IMG/VR virus record: IMGVR_UViG_3300044846_005371
Location: 1-64,000 of that record
Length of the DNA stretch: 64,000 nucleotides
Source: a virus
Strand: one strand, 5' to 3'
Under the pieces are notes generated by a model. It was given only the letters and a program-made list of their open reading frames with translations. It had not been told where the DNA came from and made no database searches. The translations under genes and the position numbers were made by a program. The stretch's first letter is position 1. The number at the start of each line of letters is the position of its first letter. Positions 26,230 to 38,699 of the stretch are shown in pieces.

Positions 26230-26702
26230 TTGCTTCTCTTTACTTTTATAAAAGTTATATCAACATCATCGATTAAAGGTTCTCCATTTTGAAAGGTTAC
26301 TGTTTTCATTGGGCCCTTAGTTCCAACTGTTCCTATTGCAACGGCCCCTTTCAAAGCAACTAAGTATTTTTCATCTTCTTTCGAAGTGTCTGATTTTTGG
26401 CCAGTAACAATTTTTATAAGATTTTCACGCTTAGCTTTCAAAGTAGTATCTGATAACTTTTCATTTTGTGTAGATACAATATTTGCGTCAGCCCATTTAG
26501 TTAATTCAGGTTCGGTGACAGTATATGAAAAGAAATCTTTGCTTGAGCTTCCATCTGGATACTTCTTAGTTGCTTTTTCATCTTCTTCAATGAAGAGAAA
26601 ACTATACACTTTTTCTTTGGCTGGTGCGCCTTCTGCTGGAGCACCGAACGGTAATGCTTGCTCTTTTAGATACGAATGAAAAGTTTTTGCGTAATTACCC
26701 AT
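26226..26702 (-). CDS. Hypothetical protein, 158 aa, with a late-type promoter
   Basis: ORF; AATAAATA 19 nt upstream. Confidence 0.55.
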   Translation of the reverse strand: MGNYAKTFHSYLKEQALPFGAPAEGAPAKEKVYSFLFIEEDEKATKKYPDGSSSKDFFSYTVTEPELTKWADANIVSTQNEKLSDTTLKAKRENLIKIVTGQKSDTSKEDEKYLVALKGAVAIGTVGTKGPMKTVTFQNGEPLIDDVDITFIKVKRSK

Positions 26703-26750
26703 TATAAAAAGGCATTTATTCTATTTATTTGTAAATATTGACTAATACGA

Positions 26751-26780
26751 TAAAGGAGCCTTAACAAAAAAGCTCCTTTA
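26751..26780. terminator. Hairpin downstream of nrdA (possible terminator or processing site)
   Basis: TAAAGGAGC...GCTCCTTTA 9-bp inverted repeat; no clear U-tract. Confidence 0.45.
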
Positions 26781-26823
26781 GTGTATCCTGACAATAATTA
26801 GATATCGAGTAACTCTTTTTACA

Positions 26824-28623
26824 TCAACCGTCACACGCTAAACAGTCTAATGTTGCACGAGCCGCAATATCTCCTCTAAGAACTGATTCTGTTCGCATGT
26901 AATAGAGAGTCTTAACTCCCAATTTATATGCTTCCATGTGAACTTGATTTATGAACTTAGGTTCAGCTTCCGTTGGGAAAGCTAAGTTTAGAGAACATGC
27001 TTGATCAATGTATTGCTGACGTATGCCTGCTTGTCTAACTAGTTCTAGTTGATTAATCTCCTTAAACGTTAAGAATACTTCTTTAATTTGAACATATTGT
27101 GCCTTTTCCATATCTGCAAGCTGTTCAAACTTCTCAGAATTTATAGGGTGTAGCTCTTCTCCAAGTTTAGTATAATATCCATCCAGAGCATCTAATCCTT
27201 GAACTGATCCCATATCCTCTAAAATCTTGTCCCAAACTTCCTTAGTATTCTTCTTTATCTTTTTAAGAACTCTCTCCAAAGTTGGATTTTTTCTGATAAA
27301 AGTACCTTTAGCGGTTTGCTCAGTGAATACATTTGCTGCCCATGGCTCAATACCTGCTGAAACATTTCCTGATAACTTAGAATTAGATACAGTTGGTGCA
27401 ATCGCTCTTAAGTGAGTATTTCTCATTCCTGTACCGGCACACCACAACGGCTCTCCATATTCTTGCGCCATCGCTCTAGACGCTCTATCACTTTCTAATT
27501 TGAGTTGAGAAAATATTTTTCTAGTTTCAAATTGAGCAGTTAATGAATCGAATGGAATTCCTCTCTCTTGCAAATAAGTATGCCAGCCCAACACTCCCAA
27601 TCCTAAAGCTCTTCCTTTCTCAGCAGAGCGAACTGCATTTTCAAAGCCTCTCATATATTTTGCTCTATGGATAAATTCTTCAAGAACTCCATCCAAGAAC
27701 CATGTTGCAGTATAGATTAAATCTGTGTCCTTCCACTCATCATATTTAGCTAAGTTTAGTGAACTTAAACAACATACAAAAGAGTGGTTCTCGTCAGTGT
27801 GTAGTGTGATCTCAGAGCATATATTTGTCATATACACCTTTAAATTATTCTTCTTATACGCATCTGGGTTCTGGTTATTAACATTACCTTTGTACATGAT
27901 GTACGGTTCACCAGTAGATCTTCTCTTTCTAAGAACAGCTGTCCATCTACGACGAGCTTCCTTATCGCCTTGTTCCAATTTATCCATGAAGGAATCTGAA
28001 ACAACTACGCATTGGTGTAAGTTTAAGCACTGTCTTTGAATGTCGCCCTTAGGTTCACGAATTTCCAACCATTCCCAAAAGTCTCCATGTTCAATATCAA
28101 TATTGACTGATGCTGCTCCTCTTCTAACACTTCCCTGATTTGTTGCTAACACGGCAGAATCATATACTTTACAAAATGGAACAACTCCATCTGATGTACC
28201 GTTTTGAGAAATCTTTGACCCAGCTTGACGTATCTGATTCACTCCAATTCCTACACCTCCTCCATGTTTAGCAAGAAGCATCATCTCTAGGTTCTTATTC
28301 CCAATATCATATATTGAATCAGCAACGTCTATTCCGAAACACGAGATAGGAAGACCTCTTTCTGTTCCAGTGTTTGAAAATACTGGAGTGGCCAAGTTTA
28401 ACCAGCCCTTCCACATATAGTCAAAAAATTTGGATGCAAGTTCAGGTTTACCTAATCTTTTTGCAACTGACGTTGATACTCTCCAATACGCATCTTTTGG
28501 AGTTTCCCCGGCTAGTAAATAGCCCTTACTGACAGTTTTTACGTAAACTTCAGTGTTTGCCCAAACTGGAAAATCTACTCCTATCTCCCAGTTTAATTCG
28601 GCTCCGTGATTTATTTCTTCCAT
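26824..28623 (-). CDS. nrdA: Class I ribonucleotide reductase alpha subunit (short, no ATP cone)
   Basis: LATPV, PISCF, GGGVG, TNICSEI catalytic loop, AIAPTVS, KTLYY, C-terminal CLAC. Confidence 0.95.
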   Translation of the reverse strand: MEEINHGAELNWEIGVDFPVWANTEVYVKTVSKGYLLAGETPKDAYWRVSTSVAKRLGKPELASKFFDYMWKGWLNLATPVFSNTGTERGLPISCFGIDVADSIYDIGNKNLEMMLLAKHGGGVGIGVNQIRQAGSKISQNGTSDGVVPFCKVYDSAVLATNQGSVRRGAASVNIDIEHGDFWEWLEIREPKGDIQRQCLNLHQCVVVSDSFMDKLEQGDKEARRRWTAVLRKRRSTGEPYIMYKGNVNNQNPDAYKKNNLKVYMTNICSEITLHTDENHSFVCCLSSLNLAKYDEWKDTDLIYTATWFLDGVLEEFIHRAKYMRGFENAVRSAEKGRALGLGVLGWHTYLQERGIPFDSLTAQFETRKIFSQLKLESDRASRAMAQEYGEPLWCAGTGMRNTHLRAIAPTVSNSKLSGNVSAGIEPWAANVFTEQTAKGTFIRKNPTLERVLKKIKKNTKEVWDKILEDMGSVQGLDALDGYYTKLGEELHPINSEKFEQLADMEKAQYVQIKEVFLTFKEINQLELVRQAGIRQQYIDQACSLNLAFPTEAEPKFINQVHMEAYKLGVKTLYYMRTESVLRGDIAARATLDCLACDG

Positions 28624-28632
28624 AATATTTTA

Positions 28633-29637
28633 TTAACCAAATATTGAATCTTCGTCCCAATTTTCGTTTTCTCCAGCCTTTGAATAATCAGTAGGGCGGA
28701 TTGCAAAGAAATCAGTATGAGTAGTTCCGCCAGTAAGATGATAGAACCAGTCTAAGTTGGCTGCCATGTCTTCGTTATATTGAAATACTGACTCATAACC
28801 TAGCTCATTTAATTTTTCATTTGCTCGTTTCTTAATAAACTCCTTTAGATCAACTGCTTTTAGATTCTCAAGATCTCCCATTTCAAACATCTTGTCGATG
28901 AACTTCATCTCCATTTCAACCATTAGCGTCGCTGCTTCTTCCACTTGTAATTGAACAGATTCTCTGATTTCTGGATATTCTTCACAAATATGTCTAAATA
29001 ACTGACAACCCATTTTAGAATGTAATGACTCATCACGAACGCTCCATTTCATCTGCTGCCCGATTCCCTTTAGAAGATTTCGCATTTGAAAGGAATATAA
29101 AACTGCAAATGAAGAGTATAAAGAAACACCTTCAGCAAATGCAGAAAAAATAGCTAATGATCTGGCAATATCCTTTCTCGCATCATGCGAAGTTAATAAA
29201 TCTTCATGAGTATACTCATTTTTAGTCTCAATTAAAAATTCAAACTTTTGAGCAACGGTTGGCTCATGGAGAAATGCACTAAAATTATCAAGACCGATTG
29301 TTTCATTCAAATAAGAGTAGGCAGTTGCGTGGATAGTTTCCTGAGAACCAAATATCATTGCCATTTGCTTGATTTCATGCTTTGGAAACCATTTAGAAAC
29401 CATACCTGTCCAATAATCGGAAACTGCACATTCAGTTTGAGCAAAACCAAGTAAGATATTTCCTACTAGATTTTTCTCAGCCTTTGTTAACTTTTCATTC
29501 CAGTCCTTAACATCACCTTGCATTGAAATTTCGGTGTGTAACCAAAAGGCTTGTGCTTGTGGTAGCCAGCCATCTGTGTAGTAAACCGGATACTCAAACG
29601 GTTTATACTCTACTCGTTCTTTAAATAATTGTGCCAT
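28633..29637 (-). CDS. nrdB: Class I ribonucleotide reductase beta subunit
   Basis: YKPFEYP, ETIHATAY, EGVSLYSSF, RDESLH, DFFA.R. The ATG at 29637 is preferred over the track TTG at 29658. Confidence 0.95.
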   Translation of the reverse strand: MAQLFKERVEYKPFEYPVYYTDGWLPQAQAFWLHTEISMQGDVKDWNEKLTKAEKNLVGNILLGFAQTECAVSDYWTGMVSKWFPKHEIKQMAMIFGSQETIHATAYSYLNETIGLDNFSAFLHEPTVAQKFEFLIETKNEYTHEDLLTSHDARKDIARSLAIFSAFAEGVSLYSSFAVLYSFQMRNLLKGIGQQMKWSVRDESLHSKMGCQLFRHICEEYPEIRESVQLQVEEAATLMVEMEMKFIDKMFEMGDLENLKAVDLKEFIKKRANEKLNELGYESVFQYNEDMAANLDWFYHLTGGTTHTDFFAIRPTDYSKAGENENWDEDSIFG

Positions 29638-29782
29638 ATCTCTTAATTTTTTAGACAACTCATGCTGCTCGAAGCAGCCTCAAGCTGTTAATAAATCATA
29701 CATTTTGTGGTTAGTCTTTCGTAACTTTGACTTACTGGATTATTTATTAGAGACTTCATTCAAGCTAGTTTGCTGATGAAAA

Positions 29783-30949
29783 TTATTCTCCAGTAAATTC
29801 AAAATTCAATTGACGGTTAATCGGATCTACTTTAGATACTCTAACTCTAGGAAATTGTGATAAATTTGCATCTAAATCTTTCTTCCTTAGAGAAACTTCA
29901 TAGTCTTTGTCGTCTATCTGTATCTTTATTGAATTTTTAGAACGATCAATTGAGTATTCAAAGGATTGATTTTCTGTTCGTTCTCTTAACTTTTCCCAAT
30001 TTAATTTATCACTATTTACTTGTTCCTGTTTAAGAGTCAATACTATTCTGTACTGATTTCCTTTCATGGTAACGTCTTTGACGTAAAATGAAATTTCATC
30101 TCCAGTTTTCATATTTTTTGAAACTTCTTCATAATTTTCAAACTCACTCTTATGAATTAGACCAGTATAGTAGTTTTCAAATTCGACGAAGATTCCAAAA
30201 TCATATGGTTTGTTAGTTAGTCTACCCGTATAAAGCTTGTCAAATCTAACTTCAGTTATCATAACTGACATAGAATTAGCAACATACTTTTTGTAAGAAA
30301 GAATGAATAAATCATTTGCTCTATCATAATTATCTACCATAACTGTGATAGTCTTTCCTAGCATCTCACTAAAGTTATGAATGATGTTCGCAGCTGCATG
30401 TGAGCCTGGAATAAAGCATTCCAATGTATTTTTATAGATTGCTAAATATCCACCTTTGATCAGCTTAGTTATCTTGACATCAAACCATGTGTTATTTTCA
30501 AGATGATCAAATAATTCTTGCTTATAACTAACACCTAAGCACTTTTTCTCAGATCCTAGATACTCGCCATCAGCTGAGCTTTTGTAAATTAAAGCAAAAA
30601 ACTCAAGACCTTCGCCAGTTTGTAAAGAGTCAAGAGACTTTGAGTATTCTTTGAATGGAATTGAGATTGGTGCACCTGAATTAATTTCTTCAGCGATAAT
30701 CATTTCAGAACTAAAGTAAATTGTTTTAGCAAGTACTTTGTAAATTTGACCTACTTTTAAATCTTTTGCTGAAAAATCTGAAAAATCGTCTGACATTAAT
30801 TTATCATAAACGTCTTGTGCATACGCTTCTTTACAATAAATTTTTACACCAGCTTTTCTATCACTATTTGTTAATTTTACAGAAGTATTGTACTTGCTTT
30901 TTTCAAGATCAAACAAGTTAAAATCGAATTCCTGATTGGTTATTTCCAT
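29783..30949 (-). CDS. Multi-S1-domain RNA-binding protein (ribosomal protein bS1-like)
   Basis: VKITKLIKGGYL...CFIPGSH and GRLTNKPYDFGIFVEF...GLIHKSE...GDEISFYV are S1/OB repeats. Confidence 0.75.
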   Translation of the reverse strand: MEITNQEFDFNLFDLEKSKYNTSVKLTNSDRKAGVKIYCKEAYAQDVYDKLMSDDFSDFSAKDLKVGQIYKVLAKTIYFSSEMIIAEEINSGAPISIPFKEYSKSLDSLQTGEGLEFFALIYKSSADGEYLGSEKKCLGVSYKQELFDHLENNTWFDVKITKLIKGGYLAIYKNTLECFIPGSHAAANIIHNFSEMLGKTITVMVDNYDRANDLFILSYKKYVANSMSVMITEVRFDKLYTGRLTNKPYDFGIFVEFENYYTGLIHKSEFENYEEVSKNMKTGDEISFYVKDVTMKGNQYRIVLTLKQEQVNSDKLNWEKLRERTENQSFEYSIDRSKNSIKIQIDDKDYEVSLRKKDLDANLSQFPRVRVSKVDPINRQLNFEFTGE

Positions 30950-30995
30950 GTGTTTTGAGTTATAGCTAAATTATACAACGGATTTGATTTAGGTT

Positions 30996-33900
30996 TTATA
31001 AAAAATTTCTAAAAAATCCTGTCTGGTCAGCGGCTGTTTTGATAAAATCGTCTAGGAAGAGAAGAAATAAAATATTCTTACTACTTAGCCTTTCCCAAGG
31101 AGGGAGATCATCATTTTGTAAAACTGGATGAAGATTTCGTAGAGCATCTTTTGTCTCAGTGAGACCAGCGGTCGCCGCTATCAAATATGATAATGGTGGA
31201 GTCGATAATGGTTCCAAAACTGGTTTTGCTCTCTTAACCACTTCTTTAAGTAGGTCAACATCAACTGTAGGAATTGTCATGCTTTTTGGAATAGCTGCCT
31301 TAGCTAATGCTTTTACATTGAATGCAACTTCTTCAATAGGTCCATATGGTGGGACTTTGAATTGTGCTGCTTCTATTACATTTAAACTTACTCCATTTGA
31401 ACTTTTTGCAAATTCTAACGGTTTTGTGATTGCTGCAAGAGTAGGTTCATACTTAAGAATAACTGATTCTATTGTTGAAGTTAAGAAAGCCTTAAGGTCA
31501 TTTGAATTAATTGTTTCAATATTTTTTAATGGATTAGATTCAGAATCTGCTGGTATTTTTGAAATAGCTATTTTAATTGCTTCTTTTATAGGCTCCTTAA
31601 GTAGCTCTAAGTTTACTGGTATTTGCGCAGGTACACTAAAAGGAGCTAATGCTGGAATTGGAGCTTTTATCTCGCTAGTCAAAGCAAGAGGAGCAGATAG
31701 CGCAGTAGTTACTGCTGGAATATTTAAAGGAATTTGAGGTAAATTTGTATTCGGTAATTTTGTTGAAATTAAATTAAAGCAAGTAGATATTGCATCATTC
31801 ACTGATATTACTGAATTTCCTCCAGTTAATTTTATTAATTCACTAGTAGGTAATGAATCTATCGCTAGAAATAGAGTATTTTGCACAACGGATAGTACTG
31901 GAGGTATTCCAATTGAATCTAATCCTGGAGTTTTAGGAATAGCGCCAACATCAAATGGATTAAAACTAATGACTGATGCTGCTAAACTTGAAATAAAACC
32001 AGATCCCTTTGAAAATTCTTCTCCATCTTTTAGTTTATCTTGTACCCTTGAATTTTGTTTTTTCTTTAGTATTAATTTATTCTTTATTTCTTTTTTCTCA
32101 GCATCAGTTTGTGCACTTTGCAATTTATCATCTAACGCTAACTCTTCAGCAACATCATCTTCGCTAGGCAAGCCTCCACCTATTCCTGAAGCAGATTCAA
32201 TTAATTTAGTAACGCAAACTTTTAGAAAATCTTTGAATACTTGAGATTGCGTCTCAATATTGAAAGATTGAGTTGGAGCGACCGCTAATATCTCTTCTTT
32301 TGCTTTTATTAGGTGCAGAGAAAGTTTAGATTTTACACTAAGCTGTTTAACATGAAGTTTGCCGGTTGAGTTATTTGCTACTAAATCTTCTACTTGATTT
32401 TTTAATGAGATTATAGGATTTAATTTTGGCTCAATTTTACTAATATCACTGGGGTATTTTACTCCAGGTATTTTTATACGATCGACATAATTGAGAATAT
32501 CTTTTGTAAATGCTTCTATTTTTTTGTCGTATGGAACGTCTGCGTTTTTAAGCTCTTCTGATTTTTTCTTATATTCTTCAATGTTTCCATTTTTCAAAGC
32601 TTCATACTTTTGAGTAGAAAGACTCTGTTTATTTTTTGCAAGTTCTGACTTTAGTGAATCTAGGCTAGGGATTGCTGGATTACCTAGATCATTCATATTT
32701 TTGAAGATGTTGCGTTTTGCTTTTTCCAATAAGTCTTTAGCTGTTTCTGGTTTATCCATTAATTCAGCAGCAATGACTGATGGGTTTTTTGGAAGATTTT
32801 CGGCCTCAATATCCGCAAGATTTTTATTTAGTTTTAATACGCGACCTTCATCTCCACTTTGAGAAGCTTCAGATAAATTGTTCTCAATTATCTTCTTTTT
32901 AAAGGCTAATGATTGTTTTTCAGCTTCTGTTAAATTGTAAAATTTACCATCTTTTGCTTGCTTTGCAATAATCTTTGCTTTTTCAGCAGCTGCGACTGCA
33001 CCTAATGGTAAAGAGATTAATTTACTAAATGTCTTTTCTGAATCTAATTGCTCACCTATCTCTTTTGATGCACCCTTAAGTGATAATATAAATTTCTTTT
33101 TTCCGCTAGATGAATTAAATAGAACCATTGGAGTTATGCATATTCCATTTATAGTTAGGAATAGAACAAATTGCCCCATTGGGGTTGGTAGAACGAATAG
33201 TGGAACCCAAACAATAGGTAATGGAACTTTTATTAAAGTAGCTGGAGTAACAATTAATAGGCCTACTGGCCAATATCTTAGACTCGCTGGAGTTTGAGGT
33301 AGAGGCAACAGTCCCATCAAAGTTGCAATCTTTGAAAACTCAAGCCAATAGCAGAGCTGTCCTTGATTTGGATATGCAACGTTTGAAGTTTCTCCAATTT
33401 TTTCAAAGAATGGGTCTGTTCCTGCAAATTTCAAAGCATCTCTACAGCCTAAAGGTTCAATATCGGCTGTTTCAGGAGAACCAAAACACTCAGGATTAGT
33501 TTGCTGCAATAATTTTTTAACTTTTGCTGGCTCCGGTTTTATTTCATCTGCTCTAAGTCTAAGCCTTTCAATTTCTTCGTCTAACTCTAACTTCTTAGTC
33601 ATCATGCTTGAGTTAGTATCATTTACTGCAGAGACTATTGTTTTTAACTCGCTATTTTGATCAGTAGTTTGAACGTTAACTTTGCCTAATGATAATAAAA
33701 GTTGTATTTCCATTGAAGCAAGTTGCTCTAGAGTTGAAGAAATTGCGTTTAAATTAGTTTCTATTTTTTGAGATCTAATTTGAGTTTTTCTTTCTTCTAA
33801 TCGAGTTTCAAAATCTTTATAGAAGTCCTGAAGAGTTTGCTGATTTCTTATATAGTATTCTTTTCCGTTCTCAATTTTAGTTTGTGATTGAGAATCTCTA

Positions 33901-35066
33901 AGTACTGGATCTAATAATGCTGCACTATCCGTAAGTCCACGTTCATCTAAACTGAAAAAGTTATTAATAGGATCTGAGAATAGATTGTAGTATTCTGTGT
34001 ATATTTTACCAGTTGGTGTATAATCTTGATTTACTTGATTATTCTTTATTTTTACACCAGTGACTGAATTAAAAAATGAATATTTTTTAAGTAGTGGATT
34101 GTTTTTTAAGAGAAGTGTTCTTTTTTCTTTATATGATTCTCCAGTTTCCTTGTTTGTCTTTTCTTCCTCTATTTCTATTCCTTCTAAATTTATGAAATCT
34201 AACTTAAATTCTAAAACTGGACTTTTTACAAAAGTTGAATATGTCTCAACTGAAAGATTGTTTAATTTTATGCATTCTGAATAGTCAGATATTCTATTTT
34301 TAATGTTATTGAAATCGAATGATGAGAGATAATCAGTAACTGCTAATGCGATGACAGCAGCTCCTCCTAAATCTCCTTGCGCACCTGAAATCCTATTTGT
34401 TATATCAGGATTTGCAAATATTGGAAGTTGAGTTGTTCTTTGAGTTAATTGAGTAGAGATTAGAGAAATTTGATTTGTATTTTCTGAAATCTTCTTATTC
34501 AAATCAGATATTTGTGAAGTGTATAAATCGATTGTTTGCGGATTAGTGCTCTGTGATCTTAATTGATTTAGCTGAAAAATTTTAGCATTATTTGCAGTAT
34601 TTTCAGATTCTAAATTTTGTCTTAGTTTTAGAAGTGGCTCAAATAAGTTTAGTATTCTTGCACACTCTTTTGATCTAGCCGAATAGTAATTGGTGATCAC
34701 ATTAAAATTATCTCGATATTCTATTAGTCTTTCAAGAAGCTGTTTAACATCATTATATTCCTTTAACTGTATTTCAAGGATCTTTGAAACTTCTTCAGTT
34801 GCCTCAATACACTTTTTCTTATCATCAGGTACTTTGTCGAATGCGTCTCCTAGTGAATCTGAGGAAGCTTCAATGACTGGACCAATATCATTGCATGGAA
34901 CATTTACATCTTCTGCAAGAGGAGGAACTTTTCCATCTGGGACGCAATTTGATTGAGTTAAAACTTCCTCAAGCTCCTGCTGAGTAAATTGAGAAATTAC
35001 TGCGGCTTCTGAGATATTTAAGCTTAGTGCAATTTCAGATATTAACTGATCTAATTTATTTGCCAT
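30996..35066 (-). CDS. Large hypothetical protein, 1356 aa, probably late/virion-associated
   Basis: Long ORF with coiled coils and a hydrophobic Pro-rich segment; AATAAATA 10 nt upstream. Confidence 0.55.
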   Translation of the reverse strand: MANKLDQLISEIALSLNISEAAVISQFTQQELEEVLTQSNCVPDGKVPPLAEDVNVPCNDIGPVIEASSDSLGDAFDKVPDDKKKCIEATEEVSKILEIQLKEYNDVKQLLERLIEYRDNFNVITNYYSARSKECARILNLFEPLLKLRQNLESENTANNAKIFQLNQLRSQSTNPQTIDLYTSQISDLNKKISENTNQISLISTQLTQRTTQLPIFANPDITNRISGAQGDLGGAAVIALAVTDYLSSFDFNNIKNRISDYSECIKLNNLSVETYSTFVKSPVLEFKLDFINLEGIEIEEEKTNKETGESYKEKRTLLLKNNPLLKKYSFFNSVTGVKIKNNQVNQDYTPTGKIYTEYYNLFSDPINNFFSLDERGLTDSAALLDPVLRDSQSQTKIENGKEYYIRNQQTLQDFYKDFETRLEERKTQIRSQKIETNLNAISSTLEQLASMEIQLLLSLGKVNVQTTDQNSELKTIVSAVNDTNSSMMTKKLELDEEIERLRLRADEIKPEPAKVKKLLQQTNPECFGSPETADIEPLGCRDALKFAGTDPFFEKIGETSNVAYPNQGQLCYWLEFSKIATLMGLLPLPQTPASLRYWPVGLLIVTPATLIKVPLPIVWVPLFVLPTPMGQFVLFLTINGICITPMVLFNSSSGKKKFILSLKGASKEIGEQLDSEKTFSKLISLPLGAVAAAEKAKIIAKQAKDGKFYNLTEAEKQSLAFKKKIIENNLSEASQSGDEGRVLKLNKNLADIEAENLPKNPSVIAAELMDKPETAKDLLEKAKRNIFKNMNDLGNPAIPSLDSLKSELAKNKQSLSTQKYEALKNGNIEEYKKKSEELKNADVPYDKKIEAFTKDILNYVDRIKIPGVKYPSDISKIEPKLNPIISLKNQVEDLVANNSTGKLHVKQLSVKSKLSLHLIKAKEEILAVAPTQSFNIETQSQVFKDFLKVCVTKLIESASGIGGGLPSEDDVAEELALDDKLQSAQTDAEKKEIKNKLILKKKQNSRVQDKLKDGEEFSKGSGFISSLAASVISFNPFDVGAIPKTPGLDSIGIPPVLSVVQNTLFLAIDSLPTSELIKLTGGNSVISVNDAISTCFNLISTKLPNTNLPQIPLNIPAVTTALSAPLALTSEIKAPIPALAPFSVPAQIPVNLELLKEPIKEAIKIAISKIPADSESNPLKNIETINSNDLKAFLTSTIESVILKYEPTLAAITKPLEFAKSSNGVSLNVIEAAQFKVPPYGPIEEVAFNVKALAKAAIPKSMTIPTVDVDLLKEVVKRAKPVLEPLSTPPLSYLIAATAGLTETKDALRNLHPVLQNDDLPPWERLSSKNILFLLFLDDFIKTAADQTGFFRNFL

Positions 35067-35092
35067 TTGTCTATTTTATTTATTTAGATACC

Positions 35093-35118
35093 AAAAAAGG
35101 CAGCTTTCGCTACCTTTT
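35093..35118 (-). terminator. Rho-independent terminator downstream of groEL
   Basis: Minus strand: AAAAGGTAGC-GAAA-GCTGCCTTTTTT, with a GNRA loop and a G.U pair valid only on the minus strand. Confidence 0.85.
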
Positions 35119-35147
35119 CTGCCTGAGCATAAGAGAGATGGCCGATT

Positions 35148-37519
<2,372 letters not shown>

Positions 37520-37521
37520 TC

Positions 37522-38253
37522 TCAGGCCTGTAGTTGATAGTCTTCTACTATAGGATTGCCTGAAAGTTTTAAGATAATTTGAGAAACAGCTAACACATCA
37601 GCTTGACAGTATGTTGATATTCTAGTTACATCTCGTTCCTTGTACCACACTTGAGTTACATCCTTACCGGAAATATCACCTTTTGGGGTAGGTAATCCCA
37701 ATGAGGTTGCTAGTAATTCTAGGGATACAAAACTCTCCTGCCAAGCGCCAAAACTCCAAATATCACTAGTATCTACAAATGGCATTTCCCAAGGTTTCAA
37801 ATTTTGAATTTGAAGCCCAACTGGAAGAGATTTTTCGTTAATTAGTAATCTTTTACAGATAAACGGAACATCAAATCTTTTAATATTGTGCCCAACAAAT
37901 TTATAGTTTGAAAACTTGTTGAACACTTTATCAATTCCTTCCAAAACCTCTAATTCTTCTCCAGAATAAGTCTTTAGTGTTAGGTATGGTGTGCCTTCGT
38001 TAAATTGAATTCGGCCGAATGTTGCGCATACTATTTTTGCAAATTCTGCATGGAGACCAGCTTTTTCCAAGAATAATTCAGCATCGCTCTTTTGCTTATT
38101 TTCCTCAAATCTTTCTCTAAGGTATTCACAACGTTTCGACCAAAGTTGAGCTAATGTAAGATTTTCGTTTTTTAGGTGATCTAATGATTGGTGAGAAGCA
38201 ACTGTCTCAATATCAAAAAACACCATTTTTCCAAGTTCAGGTATTGTGTACAT
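37522..38253 (-). CDS. PolB-related 3'-5' exonuclease (DEDD)
   Basis: FFDIETV, GHNIKRFDVPFI, SLELLA, YCQADV. Confidence 0.85.
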   Translation of the reverse strand: MYTIPELGKMVFFDIETVASHQSLDHLKNENLTLAQLWSKRCEYLRERFEENKQKSDAELFLEKAGLHAEFAKIVCATFGRIQFNEGTPYLTLKTYSGEELEVLEGIDKVFNKFSNYKFVGHNIKRFDVPFICKRLLINEKSLPVGLQIQNLKPWEMPFVDTSDIWSFGAWQESFVSLELLATSLGLPTPKGDISGKDVTQVWYKERDVTRISTYCQADVLAVSQIILKLSGNPIVEDYQLQA

Positions 38254-38254
38254 A

Positions 38255-38695
38255 TTATTCGTTTGATAATTCTTCGTAACTTAATAACGCTTTTCCATAT
38301 TTTTGCATGCGATCTGCGTATCTGGTTTTTATTGTTTTTGCAAGAGGAATAGGTTTACTTTCCTCATCTATTCGAACAAACTTAATGTCTGTGTGAGTAA
38401 CTATATCTTGTTCGCCAGTGTGAACGTTATGCTTTCTAACCTCGATGTATAATAATACTGACGTTCTGCCGAATTGTTTCACAGTTGCGTATATCTTAAG
38501 CAAATTATTTACTTTGATCGGTTTTTTGAATACTAATTCGCTGATCATGATTGTTACCATTCTAGGAGTATCACAAACTTGAGAAGCGTAGCTAGCTGCT
38601 GCATCATCTACTAAACTCATGATTGTCCCACCGAACATATTATCATGAACTCCGATGTCTCCCTTTTTGCAAATGTATGTGGTTACTAATTCCAT
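38255..38695 (-). CDS. Acyl-CoA thioesterase (hotdog fold, YciA-like)
   Basis: DIGVHDNMFGGTIMSLVD.AA, VT..I..L.FKKP, GRTSV. Confidence 0.85.
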   Translation of the reverse strand: MELVTTYICKKGDIGVHDNMFGGTIMSLVDDAAASYASQVCDTPRMVTIMISELVFKKPIKVNNLLKIYATVKQFGRTSVLLYIEVRKHNVHTGEQDIVTHTDIKFVRIDEESKPIPLAKTIKTRYADRMQKYGKALLSYEELSNE

Positions 38696-38699
38696 AAGC

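Noticed and set aside
26824-29658. Intron or intein in nrdA/nrdB, which are common in phages
   Set aside because: Both ORFs are continuous and of normal or short length, with no intein or homing-endonuclease motifs.
29773-29779. CTGATGA hammerhead-core-like heptamer
   Set aside because: No stem II/GAAA arrangement follows, and it lies antisense to the flanking genes.
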